A stretch of 64,000 nt of DNA from Candidatus Poribacteria bacterium (GTDB lineage Bacteria; Poribacteria; WGA-4E; WGA-3G), in the NCBI GenBank assembly GCA_965205015.1, contig OZ242029.1:2912001-2976000 (forward strand). The letters run 5' to 3'. The notes under the pieces were generated by a model. That model ran no database searches and was not told the origin of the DNA. It saw only the letters and a program-made list of their open reading frames with translations. The position numbers were made by a program, and so were the translations under genes. Positions 28,868 through 38,977 of the stretch are shown piece by piece. Position 1 is the stretch's first letter; each line of letters opens with the position of its first letter.

Positions 28868-28955
28868 TTTTTAATTTTTCCTTGCGGTTGAACGCCGTGT
28901 GTTTGGCACTTTGACGTGCCGTTTTCAAAGCCGCCTGCGCCGTTGTTGCAGGCTA
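28867..28955 (-). repeat. Dispersed repeat family A copy abutting the NYN stop codon
   Basis: ttttaatttttccttgcgg...ctttgacgtgcc...gccgcctgcgccgttgttgcaggct. Confidence 0.8.
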
Positions 28956-29032
28956 TAGGTTTGGTTTAAGGAAAGGAACGTCAAAATTCCCGAACCCAGT
29001 CGAAACGTAACCGAAAACCTGCGCGTAATGAA

Positions 29033-30469
29033 ATGGAGCGCAGTCCAGGAGCCCCACAAATTAAAAGCATTCTCTCTATCCTTTCTGTGCTTATTGTAAT
29101 AGACGCGGCGAGCGCGGAATGGTCATCCTCAGCGACAGAAAATCTTCCATTATGCACAGCGCAGAACGAACAACACTTTCCTGCCCTCGTTACCGATGGG
29201 CAAGGTGGGGCTATCGTGGCGTGGAGTGATGCCCGGCACGCGAACCGTGATATTTTCGCACAGCGCATCAGCGCAACCGGAGAGGTTCATTGGCAGGCAA
29301 ATGGCATTCCAATTTGCGACCTACCCTCTTCGCAAAGTTGGCCCCTAATTGCCAGCGATGGCGAAGGGGGTGCTATCCTCGTCTGGGGGGATACCCGGCA
29401 CGGTAATCAGGATAGTTACGCACAGCGCATCGACGCAAGTGGAAACAAATTGTGGGACCCCGAAGGTATACCGGTCTGTACGCATCCAACGTTGCAAGAC
29501 GATTTGAACGCTATTGCTGACGGTAAAGGGGGCGTAATCGTTGTGTGGGAAGATTGGCGGAATGGGAATCAGGATATCTATGCCCAAAGAATTGACGGTA
29601 CCGGAAAACCGCTGTGGGAAACGAACGGTGTACCTGTCTATAGGGGTGTTGGCGATCAGTATGATCCAGTCTTAATCGCCGATGGACAAGGGGGTGCTAT
29701 TTTCGCATGGTGGGACATCAGCACTCCGGATTGGAACATTTTCGCGCAACGGCTGTCAGCAGAGGGGAGTCCCCTGTGGAATTCAGGCGATGCCCCAGTT
29801 CCCGTCTGTACTGCCCTGGGTAACCAAGGTGCTCCGGTTGCTATTCGTGATACAAATGGCGGTGTGTTCTTCGTCTGGTCGGACTACCGTAATGACCCGA
29901 ATTTTTATACGACCGCGCAGTTATATGCACAGCACATCACCGCTGAAGGACACGCATTGTGGGAAAAGGATGGCATTCTAATCTGCGATCTATCTGTGAA
30001 CCAGCAGCAACCGTATGGTATCCCCGATGGGAGTGGTGGTTTCATCGTCGCATGGTGGGATGAACGGGATATTTTCGCTGACATCTATGCCCAACGTATT
30101 AACGGAAATGGCGAGATGTTGTGGCGCGACGAAAATTCGCAGTTCCAAGAAGGCGGTATGCCTGTCTGTACTGGGGCAGGGGTTCAACGTCTCCCCCAAC
30201 TTGTTCCTACGGGTGAGGTTGGGGAAGTCATCGTCTATTGGCTGGATTATCGCGAAGATTTCGGTGATTCGACGGAGGATGCAATCTATGCGCAGCGGCT
30301 TGATGCCGATGGGAAGCCTCTCTGGGAGATCAACGGTATTCCTGTCTGTCATGCGCCCAAAGAGCAAATTACCCCTCAAGCTATATCTACAGACGGTGAT
30401 GCTGCAATCGTCGTTTGGAGCGATGCCCGCGGACAAGATTACGACATCTATATCCAGCGTGTCCCTTAA
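29033..30469 (+). CDS. Secreted repeat protein, probable beta-propeller
   Basis: Signal peptide; 7 to 8 repeats of Q..P....DG.GG.I..W.D.R....DIYAQR.....G..LW...G.P.C. Confidence 0.75.
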   Translation: MERSPGAPQIKSILSILSVLIVIDAASAEWSSSATENLPLCTAQNEQHFPALVTDGQGGAIVAWSDARHANRDIFAQRISATGEVHWQANGIPICDLPSSQSWPLIASDGEGGAILVWGDTRHGNQDSYAQRIDASGNKLWDPEGIPVCTHPTLQDDLNAIADGKGGVIVVWEDWRNGNQDIYAQRIDGTGKPLWETNGVPVYRGVGDQYDPVLIADGQGGAIFAWWDISTPDWNIFAQRLSAEGSPLWNSGDAPVPVCTALGNQGAPVAIRDTNGGVFFVWSDYRNDPNFYTTAQLYAQHITAEGHALWEKDGILICDLSVNQQQPYGIPDGSGGFIVAWWDERDIFADIYAQRINGNGEMLWRDENSQFQEGGMPVCTGAGVQRLPQLVPTGEVGEVIVYWLDYREDFGDSTEDAIYAQRLDADGKPLWEINGIPVCHAPKEQITPQAISTDGDAAIVVWSDARGQDYDIYIQRVP

Positions 30470-30674
30470 CGAATAAGGTTTTTAATTTATTGATTCAGGA
30501 TCGCTCGCCATTTTATTATGACGGGATTCTTGGTAAATTGTAGCCCGTAAGCGTAGCGGAGGGGTTTTTGCTTGGTGTTTTTGCTTGGGTGTTTCTGCGG
30601 ATTTCCTTTAGATATACGACAAGGAACGTTAACATTCAAACCCACCTTACCGAACCGCAAGGAAAAATTAAAAT

Positions 30675-32630
30675 ATGATAAAACGTACTCAACATGCTCC
30701 AGCAAAACGTGCAATTATTATCGGGATGGATGGTGCGAGCATGGAACTGGTCAAGAATATGATTGATTGGGGACACACCCCGAATATGGCGAAATTGCTC
30801 CAGACAGGCGTTTACCGACCGATGATCGGCGTATTTCCGACCTTGACCCCGCCAGGGTGGACTGCGCTCTCTACCGGTTCATGGCCCGGTACCCATAAGG
30901 TCATGGATTTTAATATCCGTGCGCTGGGGGAGCGTCTTGATAAAACAACGTGGGGTATCAACACGGGCTTGTGTCAATCCGAATACCTCTGGAACCTCGT
31001 GGAACGGGTCGGTGGGAAACCGATTCTGGTGAAATGGGAAATGTCTTGGCCCCCCACCGTCACAACGGGTATTCAGGTCGAGGGGACGGGACCCGGTGTC
31101 TCGAACCATCATCAGGTCGCTGGGTATCATCTTTTTGTCGCAGGAAAATGGGCATCGCGCCCTATCGGCGGACAGCGCGACCCTGAAACGCTTGATCCGA
31201 GTGCATTACAAGGGGTTCAGCACATAGATCCGGTCACGATTGAACCGATTGAGAATGGGGAATGGGAGGCTCTGCCCGATTCCACAGAACCCGTGCGGGA
31301 GGTTGTACTTACCATTCAACCCTTGGCGCGTGGCAGGGAAGATGTGATGCCTTCAGTGTATTCCAAAGATGAAGCCTCTGACGACACACGTATTCCAAAA
31401 CCGTTCTATGGATTGATTTACGCCTCTGGCGATAACGGCTATGATCGGATACGGATCTGTCGGAGCCGGTCTGGAGACGATGCCGTTGCGGACTTGGGTG
31501 TCAGTGAATGGAGCGAGTGGTGGTTGGATACATTTGAAATTGATGCGGCTGAAGTGGAAGGTTACGTCCGGATGAAACTTGTGACGCTCACCGAAACAGC
31601 GGACGCCTTTGAACTCTTCGTCCCACAAATTTGGCCCAGAGAAGGGTACACGGTTCCAAAGGCAATCGCCACTACGATTGACACTGAAATCGGCTCATTC
31701 CTTCAAAATCCGGCGCGTGATGCACTTGGACAGATGGATGATGATACCTATTTCGAGGTGCTTGACTACCACCATCAACGGCTTGCGGAGGTCGCAACGC
31801 ACCTCGCAACACATAACGATTGGGACATCCTAATGGTCGAAAGCCACGCCCCGGACTACGCCAGCCATTTTTTTCTGAGTCAAGCAGATGAAATCAGTGG
31901 TGCAGCACCAGAAACAATTCATCGGTGTCGTGAGGGCTTGCGGCGGACCTATGAATCTGTGGATCGGATGATTGGGAGCCTGATGGAACAAACCGATGAA
32001 GAAACTGTTGTTCTCGTCTGTTCCGACCACGGGGGCACGCCTAACCAATTCCGTGCTGTAGACATTGAAGAAGTGCTTGAAGAAACTGGGTTCATCGTTA
32101 AAGACGAAAACGGGACGATAGACTGGACGCAGACACGGGCAGTCAATGTCGGATTGGTGCATATCTTCATCAACTTAGCCGGACGTGAACCCGATGGAAT
32201 CGTGGCACCCGAGGACTATGAAGCGACACAACGTGAACTCATTGCAGCATTGCATACCTATAAGGACGAAAAGACCGGACGATATCCCTTTACGTTAGCA
32301 GTAACACGGGCGGATGCTGAAATGTTCAACCTACATGGCGATTTAGTCGGCGATGTTGTCTATGCGCTGCGCCCTGAGTTTGACGGTGCACATGGCAAAC
32401 AGTTACCTTCCGTGAGTTTCGGTATCGGCGGGCAGCACTCTACATTTATTCTTTCGGGGGCCGGGGTCCGACAAGGCGTCGCCTTGCAGCGGCAGGTTCG
32501 TGTCGTTGATGTTGCACCGACGCTCTGCTATCTACTGGGGCTTCCGATGCCTAACAATGTTGAGGGTGGGGTGGTTTACGAGGCGTTAGAGGATCCCAAT
32601 TGGCATTTAACTCAACTTGGGGCTATGTAG
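30675..32630 (+). CDS. Alkaline phosphatase superfamily type I phosphodiesterase/nucleotide pyrophosphatase
   Basis: IIIGMDGA, PTLTPPGWT nucleophile region, CSDHG, GAHG, VVDVAPTL. Confidence 0.85.
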   Translation: MIKRTQHAPAKRAIIIGMDGASMELVKNMIDWGHTPNMAKLLQTGVYRPMIGVFPTLTPPGWTALSTGSWPGTHKVMDFNIRALGERLDKTTWGINTGLCQSEYLWNLVERVGGKPILVKWEMSWPPTVTTGIQVEGTGPGVSNHHQVAGYHLFVAGKWASRPIGGQRDPETLDPSALQGVQHIDPVTIEPIENGEWEALPDSTEPVREVVLTIQPLARGREDVMPSVYSKDEASDDTRIPKPFYGLIYASGDNGYDRIRICRSRSGDDAVADLGVSEWSEWWLDTFEIDAAEVEGYVRMKLVTLTETADAFELFVPQIWPREGYTVPKAIATTIDTEIGSFLQNPARDALGQMDDDTYFEVLDYHHQRLAEVATHLATHNDWDILMVESHAPDYASHFFLSQADEISGAAPETIHRCREGLRRTYESVDRMIGSLMEQTDEETVVLVCSDHGGTPNQFRAVDIEEVLEETGFIVKDENGTIDWTQTRAVNVGLVHIFINLAGREPDGIVAPEDYEATQRELIAALHTYKDEKTGRYPFTLAVTRADAEMFNLHGDLVGDVVYALRPEFDGAHGKQLPSVSFGIGGQHSTFILSGAGVRQGVALQRQVRVVDVAPTLCYLLGLPMPNNVEGGVVYEALEDPNWHLTQLGAM

Positions 32631-32756
32631 CCGTCAGAGGAAGGGTTTTTGAAAGTCCGTAAAGTTGTGATAGACCTCAGTACTTCTTACAACTTTAGCT
32701 CACTTCGCAACTTTAGTTACACTTCGTAATTTTCTTTCAGCACGCGTGTAAACTTT

Positions 32757-34649
32757 TTAACCGATATTACACTTCTTTTGCAATTCTTCTAAGGTATATG
32801 TGTTGATGACTTCGTCTTTTGTCAACCATCCACGACGGGCGACATTCAACCCGGATTGACGGCGTGCGAGTCGCTCAATACCGTGTGCATCGGTGTTGAC
32901 TGCCAAGAGCACGCCGGCTTCTTTTGCCATACGCACAAATTCGGGTGCGAGATCCAATCGGTTCGGTGAGCCGTTAACCTCCAAAACCGTTTTGTTCGCT
33001 GCGGCGGCTGCAATAACCTCCTCAAGATTGACAGAGTACATCGGTCTGCGTCCGAGCAGTCTGCCGGTCGGATGACCGATGATGTTGACGAATGGATTTT
33101 CGATGGCGCGAACAATGCGCTGCGTCATTTCGGCTTCAGTGAGCGTGAAATGACTGTGAACGCTTGCGACGACAATATCAAGTTGTTCTAAAACTTCATC
33201 AGGGTAATCCAACCCGCCGTACCGTCGTATATCTACCTCAGAACCTGCGAGGACTGTGATATCCTCGACCGCTGCATCCAATTCACGAATGCGTGCTATC
33301 TGTTCCAGCAGCCGTTCCCGGTCCAAGCCGTTTGCGACGACAGAGGAGACAGAATGATCGGTAATAGCGAAGTACTCAAGCCCCTCTGCTATCGCTGCTC
33401 CCACCATCTCTTGGAGTGTATGTTGTCCGTCACTCCAATCCGTATGTGCGTGTAAGTCGCCTCGTAAATCGGTAAACTCAACGAGTTTTGGCAAAGTGCC
33501 TGCCTTCGCGGCGGCAACCGAGGTGCCATCCTGTCGAAGTTCTGGGGGGATGTAGGAGAGCCCCAGTTTTTCGTATATTCTCTCTTCCGCCATATCGCGC
33601 GCTTCATGCCAAAAACCGGTCGGTTCCAGAAAACTGTTGTCAGGAAGGGCGTCAATGTGTGCGTCCGTTGCCGTTGTCAAGAAAAGGGTCGCTTCATAGG
33701 TAGCCGCAGTACACAGATAGACAGATACCGGAAAATCTCTGTCAATGTAGAATTGAATCGTGGGGAGCGTGTCTCGAACGTCGCCTGTTCGTTCGCGCTG
33801 ATTTTTTTCATTGTCCTGCCAACCTTGATGGGCTTGCACCAAAGACCGACTGTCGTTGTTATATACGTACTGAAGGCTGTCCGTTTTGAAAACGATCTGA
33901 GTCTGCGGCGTTTTAATGGCGTTTAGGGGCTCAAGAAATGCTTGTAACGGTGCTGGCACGCTGCCACTTTCAAACTGAGACGTGCCTTCGTCTTCACATT
34001 CAACGATCAACTCGATACTTTGACAAACCTCTTCATGCCGCCGCAAATCACCTGTCCATTCGTAACGTTTTATCCCGTTTCCGTCATCTATCAAGTGCGT
34101 CAGATGCTCAGAAAGGTCTTGGATGGTAGGTAAAATTTGCCATAACGGACGTTTGTTCCTATGTTCGATCTGAAACGCCAGACTCTCAGTTATTATCTGG
34201 AGCGTTTTCCGTCCGATGCCTTTCGTGTTTCTCAACTGTCCGCTTTCAATCGATACTTGTAGATCTTCAAGATTTCTGATCCCGAGTTCTCGGTAAAATC
34301 TGCCAGCGGTTTTTACACCAACCCCTCGGAGATTCAGTAATTCAAGGACCTCTGTTCCCGTTTCTGCGGTGAGTTCGTCATAGAATTTGCAGCGTCCGGT
34401 TTCCAACATTTCAATGGTCTTGTCTTCAATGGCTTTCCCAATGCCGGGTGTCGCTCGGAGTTTTTCGACGGCTTCCGTGTTATATCCGGGTGTATTTTGT
34501 TGGGAATCTTTGGAAGTCAATTCATCGGGGAAGTCTTCGATTATATTCGCTGCCCGTTCATAAATCCGAGCGCGAAAACTATCCTCGCCGCGAATTTGTA
34601 GGAGGGATCCGATCGCTTGGAATACGGCACTGATCTCACGATTGGTCAT
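32757..34649 (-). CDS. polX: PolX-PHP protein (family X DNA polymerase fold with PHP nuclease domain); polymerase site degenerate
   Basis: FRARIYERAA, HhH PGIGKAI and GVGVKTA, YIPPELR, PHP motifs DLHAHTDWSDG, TDHS, HPTGR, NTDAH; start moved to MTNREIS. Confidence 0.88.
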   Translation of the reverse strand: MTNREISAVFQAIGSLLQIRGEDSFRARIYERAANIIEDFPDELTSKDSQQNTPGYNTEAVEKLRATPGIGKAIEDKTIEMLETGRCKFYDELTAETGTEVLELLNLRGVGVKTAGRFYRELGIRNLEDLQVSIESGQLRNTKGIGRKTLQIITESLAFQIEHRNKRPLWQILPTIQDLSEHLTHLIDDGNGIKRYEWTGDLRRHEEVCQSIELIVECEDEGTSQFESGSVPAPLQAFLEPLNAIKTPQTQIVFKTDSLQYVYNNDSRSLVQAHQGWQDNEKNQRERTGDVRDTLPTIQFYIDRDFPVSVYLCTAATYEATLFLTTATDAHIDALPDNSFLEPTGFWHEARDMAEERIYEKLGLSYIPPELRQDGTSVAAAKAGTLPKLVEFTDLRGDLHAHTDWSDGQHTLQEMVGAAIAEGLEYFAITDHSVSSVVANGLDRERLLEQIARIRELDAAVEDITVLAGSEVDIRRYGGLDYPDEVLEQLDIVVASVHSHFTLTEAEMTQRIVRAIENPFVNIIGHPTGRLLGRRPMYSVNLEEVIAAAAANKTVLEVNGSPNRLDLAPEFVRMAKEAGVLLAVNTDAHGIERLARRQSGLNVARRGWLTKDEVINTYTLEELQKKCNIG

Positions 34650-34678
34650 TTCAGAGGATCTCCAGGAGGTACAAACAG

Positions 34679-35536
34679 TTACACAAACTTTCGATGCGCG
34701 AAAAAACCGGCAAGGAACCCAATTACCATTTCGCCGACGACAATCAAAATAGACTGATAAATAGTAAGAAAATTGACTGCCCCTACTTGTGATTTGAAGA
34801 TGTAAAACATTCCGTAAAAGCAGCCAAGTCCACACAATGCGCCAAGAGCACCGAGAAAAAGTCCGTGGACAATAAAAGGGGTGAAGAGATAATGGCGGGA
34901 CATGCCGAGAAGTTTCATGAGGGCTATCTCCTCCACGCGGGCAATCGCTGTTTTATTGATAACAGAACCGATAATAAACCAAATAGTGACAACTGCTATT
35001 CCGATGAAGATGAGAGTCGTACGTTCTGAATCGCGTAGACGATCTTTCAACTGACCCTGCCCTGTCAAAAGCACATCCTCAATTTCGCTGTGGGCTTTAA
35101 TGGTCAACACAATCTGCTCTAAAGTTTTACGCGTTATCAAGTCCTCGTCTACATAAATTTTGAGGGATGCCGGAAATGGATTTACACCCTTGGTCTCTGC
35201 GAATGCCTCCTTAATGAGGATACCCAAATCTTGGAGCTGCATTTCACCGCGGGCGAGGCTTTCTGCCTTTGAAGCGTAATGGACAGCGAGTACCTGCCTA
35301 TTTTTTTCTATTTGGCTCACCAAGGTGCGTCCAGCTGATTCATCAATAGTGTCTTTTAGAAACGCGATGAGGGTAGGGGCATGACTTTTAAACTCAGACT
35401 GTCGTAAGATAAACGAATGGTTCAATAGTAAGGTCGCCAGTAAAAGCGTGATGAAACCGATGCCGAAGAAACTCAGCACACTTGCACTGCCAGCACGGGC
35501 TATATGGGATATGGCATTCTTAAGATGATAACGCAT
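34679..35536 (-). CDS. ftsX: Cell division ABC permease FtsX-like
   Basis: TM1, periplasmic domain with SKAESL and NPFPAS, EEIALMKLLG...PF..G; adjacent to ftsE. Confidence 0.75.
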   Translation of the reverse strand: MRYHLKNAISHIARAGSASVLSFFGIGFITLLLATLLLNHSFILRQSEFKSHAPTLIAFLKDTIDESAGRTLVSQIEKNRQVLAVHYASKAESLARGEMQLQDLGILIKEAFAETKGVNPFPASLKIYVDEDLITRKTLEQIVLTIKAHSEIEDVLLTGQGQLKDRLRDSERTTLIFIGIAVVTIWFIIGSVINKTAIARVEEIALMKLLGMSRHYLFTPFIVHGLFLGALGALCGLGCFYGMFYIFKSQVGAVNFLTIYQSILIVVGEMVIGFLAGFFAHRKFV

Positions 35537-35545
35537 TTTTTTAGG

Positions 35546-35643
35546 GTAATCAGTCGTCAGTCGTTAGTTTTCAGTTAAGAGATTTCCGATCATTTGAATA
35601 CCTTTTTGCCGACTGCTGACTGCTGATGGCTGACAGCCATTCA
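35546..35643. repeat. Heptamer-repeat palindrome between ftsE and ftsX
   Basis: aatcagtcgtcagtcgttagttttcag ... ccgactgctgactgctgatggctgacagcc. Confidence 0.65.
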
Positions 35644-35644
35644 T

Positions 35645-36292
35645 TCAATGGATAGCGCCATCCCGTAGTTCAATAATCCGCTTATTACATTTTTCGGCGA
35701 GGGTTCGGTCGCTCGTAGAGACAAGGATAGTCATCCCCTGAAAGTTAAGCGCATCCAGAAATGCCATCACCTCAAGCGAGAGGCGCAAATCTAACCCTTC
35801 TGTTGGAGCATCGGCAAGCAGTAACAAAGGGTTGTTGATAATTGCTCTCGCTATAGCGAGGCGGCGTCGCTCGTTGCCGGATATTACTGAGGGCAGTGCT
35901 TTGTGATGGTGATAGAGTCCCATCTGATTCAGGAGTTTATCGACATTTTCCTTAATCAGTTGCGTTGGAGCCCCTATCAGTCGCTGGGGCAGTGCCAAAT
36001 TCTCTCGAACTGTCTGGTTTTCTAAGAATTTGAAATCTTGAAAGACGAGCCCTATCTTCTGCCGAAAGTAGGGGAGACTGACTTTATCCAACTTTGCAAG
36101 TTGTTGTCCACCGACACTCAGGTCCCCACCTGTTGGATCTAAATCCGCGTATAACAGTCGTAGGAGTGTTGTCTTACCAGAACCGCTGGGACCCACGAGA
36201 AACACAAATTCGCCGCGCTCCACGCGAAGGCTCACCTTCTCAAGCACGCTAAGTTCGCCATAACTGAAACTGACTTGGTGCAACTGTATCAT
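35645..36292 (-). CDS. ftsE: Cell division ABC ATPase FtsE-like with degenerate catalytic motifs
   Basis: GEFVFLVGPSGSGKTTLLRL, RQKIGLVFQDFK, followed by ftsX; signature ISGNE, Walker B LLADAPT, switch STSD. Confidence 0.8.
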   Translation of the reverse strand: MIQLHQVSFSYGELSVLEKVSLRVERGEFVFLVGPSGSGKTTLLRLLYADLDPTGGDLSVGGQQLAKLDKVSLPYFRQKIGLVFQDFKFLENQTVRENLALPQRLIGAPTQLIKENVDKLLNQMGLYHHHKALPSVISGNERRRLAIARAIINNPLLLLADAPTEGLDLRLSLEVMAFLDALNFQGMTILVSTSDRTLAEKCNKRIIELRDGAIH

Positions 36293-36296
36293 TTTT

Positions 36297-36413
36297 TAGT
36301 GGTTTTCGGTTCGCCTGCTCCGCAGGCTTCAGGCTTCGGTTTTCGGTTACAAGAGGATTCTGGTTGAACAACCCTTTCTTTTAACTGACAACCGACAACT
36401 GACAACTGACAAC
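36297..36413. repeat. Heptamer-repeat palindrome between topA and ftsE
   Basis: ggttttcggtt...cggttttcggtta ... taactgacaaccgacaactgacaactgacaact. Confidence 0.7.
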
Positions 36414-38698
36414 TATTTTGTATAGGCACAATCTGCTGTGTGACAGACGAGGCGCGTAGTTGCGACCTCAGTACCTTTTGCTTTTTCCGTCTTCTCAACA
36501 AGGAATGGCGCGTTGCATTTCGGACAAGACTTTGGCACAGGTTTATCCCACGTCGAAAATTCACATTTCGGATAGTTGCTGCAGCCGTAAAAGACCTTTC
36601 CACGCCGACTCCGGCGTTCACCAAGGTAGCCATCACAATCAGATTCTGGGCAATCAATTCCCATCGGAATCGGCTTTGCATTTTTGCATTTTGGGTATCC
36701 GCTACACGACAAAAATTTGGCACCGGCGCGGCTGACTCTCACAACCATCGGTTTACTACACTTTTCACACGCAATGTCCGTCGGCTCCGGTTCCGCAGTA
36801 GGTGCGTCATCTCCAGTTGTTAAACGCTTGATATTCTGGCATTCTGGATAATTCGCACAGCCGAGGAATCGCCCGTATCTGCCCCACTTGATGATCATAT
36901 TGACGCCACACTTTTCACACGTTTCGTCGGATTCCTCTTCCATTGCCTTTCGGGCTTCATACATTCTATCGGGGGCTTCCTTGAGCGCGGTTTGGAATGC
37001 GGGATAAAACTGTCCTAACGTCTCTACCCACTTAATTTTGCCATCAGCGATCACATCAAGCTGCTCCTCCATTTTTGCTGTGAATTCAACGTCAACGATG
37101 TTGGGAAATCCATGTTTCAGAAGTTCGTTAACGAGCCTTCCAACATCTGTAGGCATGAGCCTGCCCCGTTCTTTGGTGACATATCCTCTGTCCTGAACGG
37201 TTGACAGAATAGAAGCGTAGGTACTGGGACGTCCGATCTCCTTGGCTTCCAGCATTTTGACGAGCGTGGCTTCATTGTAACGAGGCGGAGGTTGCGTAAA
37301 ATGCTGTTTCGGTTCTAATTTACGTAAATTAAGTGTGTCGCCTTCTTTAACATCTGGTAAGCTGACATCTTCTTCGTTCGATTCGCGTTCATCGGTAGTA
37401 GGATCATCTCTACCTTCCATATAGACGCGCCTGAACCCTTGAAATTTCATCACTGAACCGGTGGCGCGGAAGAGATAAATGCCTGCTTGGATGTCAATTG
37501 TTGTACCATCGAAAATTGCAGGGTTCATCTGACTCGCTATAAATCGCATCCAAATCAGTTCATAAAGTCGAAACTGATCGTTACTCAAATAGGGTTTTAA
37601 GGCTGCAGGGGTTCGCAACGGCAGGGTCGGACGGATCGCTTCGTGTGCATCTTGCGCCCCTCTTTTGCTTCGGTAATTAACAGCCCGATTGGGTAAATAT
37701 TCTTCACCGTATGTTTCTTTGATGTACGCTCGCGTTGCTTGAAGTGCTTCTTGGGCAACCCGTGTCGAATCGGTACGCATGTAGGTAATGAGACCGATGG
37801 ATCCCTCGTTGCCAATTTCGAGTCCCTCGTAGAGTTGTTGGGCAATCAGCATCGTCTTTTTCGCGACGAAACGGAGTTTCCGAGAGGCTTCCTGTTGTAA
37901 GGTACTCGTGATAAACGGGGGGACAGGTCTCTGTTTCCGTTCCCGCTTTTGGACTTTTTCAACGAGATATGTCTGTGTCTTTGCGTCTGCAGCGAGTTCT
38001 TTGGCACGCGCTTCGTCTATACGGAACCCATAATTATTAATTTCACCCTTCTTTTTGCCAATTTTATGTAACTTTGCGGGGAAGAGATGCTGAACTTCGG
38101 TCGGTGTCAATGTTGCTGTGAGCGTCCAGTATTCCTCTGATTTAAACGCCTCAATTTCTACTTCACGCTCGCAAATCAGTCGGACTGCGACGGATTGAAC
38201 TCTCCCAGCACTGAGTCCCGGTTTCACACTACGCCACAAGATAGGGCTAATCTGGTATCCAACGAGCCTATCCAAGACGCGACGCGCCTGTTGCGCATCA
38301 ACAAGCGCCATATCAATATCGCCCGGTTTTTCAATTGCTTCTAAGATTGCGTTTTTGGTGACTTCGTTGTAGATTATCCGGTAGATGGGTTTCTTTGTCT
38401 TTTTCAGTTCCTCAAAAAGATGCCAACAGATGGCTTCACCTTCGCGATCTGGGTCGGCTGCAAGATAGATATTATCAACCTTACGCGCTTCGCTTTGGAG
38501 AGATTTCACGACCTTCCCTTTCCCCCGAATCAAGACATATTTCGGGGTAAAGGCATTCTCAATATCGACACCGAGTTCCTTCGGCGGGAGGTCACGGATA
38601 TGCCCGACAGAGGATTCAACAATGTAATCCCTACCTAAAATCTTTTTGATGGTCTTCGCTTTCGCCGGCGATTCAACAACGACGAGTGACTTTGGCAT
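36413..38698 (-). CDS. topA: DNA topoisomerase I
   Basis: VVVESPAKAKTI, DPDREGEAI, SAGRVQS, LITYMRTDS, AHEAIRPT, GIG-type RPSTY motif; C-terminal C4 Zn ribbons. Confidence 0.97.
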   Translation of the reverse strand: MPKSLVVVESPAKAKTIKKILGRDYIVESSVGHIRDLPPKELGVDIENAFTPKYVLIRGKGKVVKSLQSEARKVDNIYLAADPDREGEAICWHLFEELKKTKKPIYRIIYNEVTKNAILEAIEKPGDIDMALVDAQQARRVLDRLVGYQISPILWRSVKPGLSAGRVQSVAVRLICEREVEIEAFKSEEYWTLTATLTPTEVQHLFPAKLHKIGKKKGEINNYGFRIDEARAKELAADAKTQTYLVEKVQKRERKQRPVPPFITSTLQQEASRKLRFVAKKTMLIAQQLYEGLEIGNEGSIGLITYMRTDSTRVAQEALQATRAYIKETYGEEYLPNRAVNYRSKRGAQDAHEAIRPTLPLRTPAALKPYLSNDQFRLYELIWMRFIASQMNPAIFDGTTIDIQAGIYLFRATGSVMKFQGFRRVYMEGRDDPTTDERESNEEDVSLPDVKEGDTLNLRKLEPKQHFTQPPPRYNEATLVKMLEAKEIGRPSTYASILSTVQDRGYVTKERGRLMPTDVGRLVNELLKHGFPNIVDVEFTAKMEEQLDVIADGKIKWVETLGQFYPAFQTALKEAPDRMYEARKAMEEESDETCEKCGVNMIIKWGRYGRFLGCANYPECQNIKRLTTGDDAPTAEPEPTDIACEKCSKPMVVRVSRAGAKFLSCSGYPKCKNAKPIPMGIDCPESDCDGYLGERRSRRGKVFYGCSNYPKCEFSTWDKPVPKSCPKCNAPFLVEKTEKAKGTEVATTRLVCHTADCAYTK

Positions 38699-38977
38699 TT
38701 TTTAAACTATTGCTCCTCGACTGCCCTCCACATGTAAAGCAAAGACAAATGATGCCATTTAAGGCATAATTCCATTTCGGGCAGGTTCGAACCGCCAACG
38801 CGTGCTTTGCTGCTTTGTATCGGAGGCGAGTTGGGGGTTCGGGTTACGTGGCGACTGGACTGAGGTCCATTATATTTACGTCACGATTATACACTTTTAT
38901 TAACGTCTTATGTTAACAGCGGTTTCATATCCCGTTCATTCGTCCATTGGGGAAAAGAGAGAAGACACGGACATACA

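Noticed and set aside
34650-34835. Long N-terminal extension of the PolX ORF
   Set aside because: Overlaps the ftsX 3' end; PolX homology starts at MTNREIS (34649), preceded by a GA-rich region
38778-38800. GGTTCGAACC resembling a tRNA T-loop
   Set aside because: No acceptor, D or anticodon arms can be built around it, so it is not called a tRNA or selC
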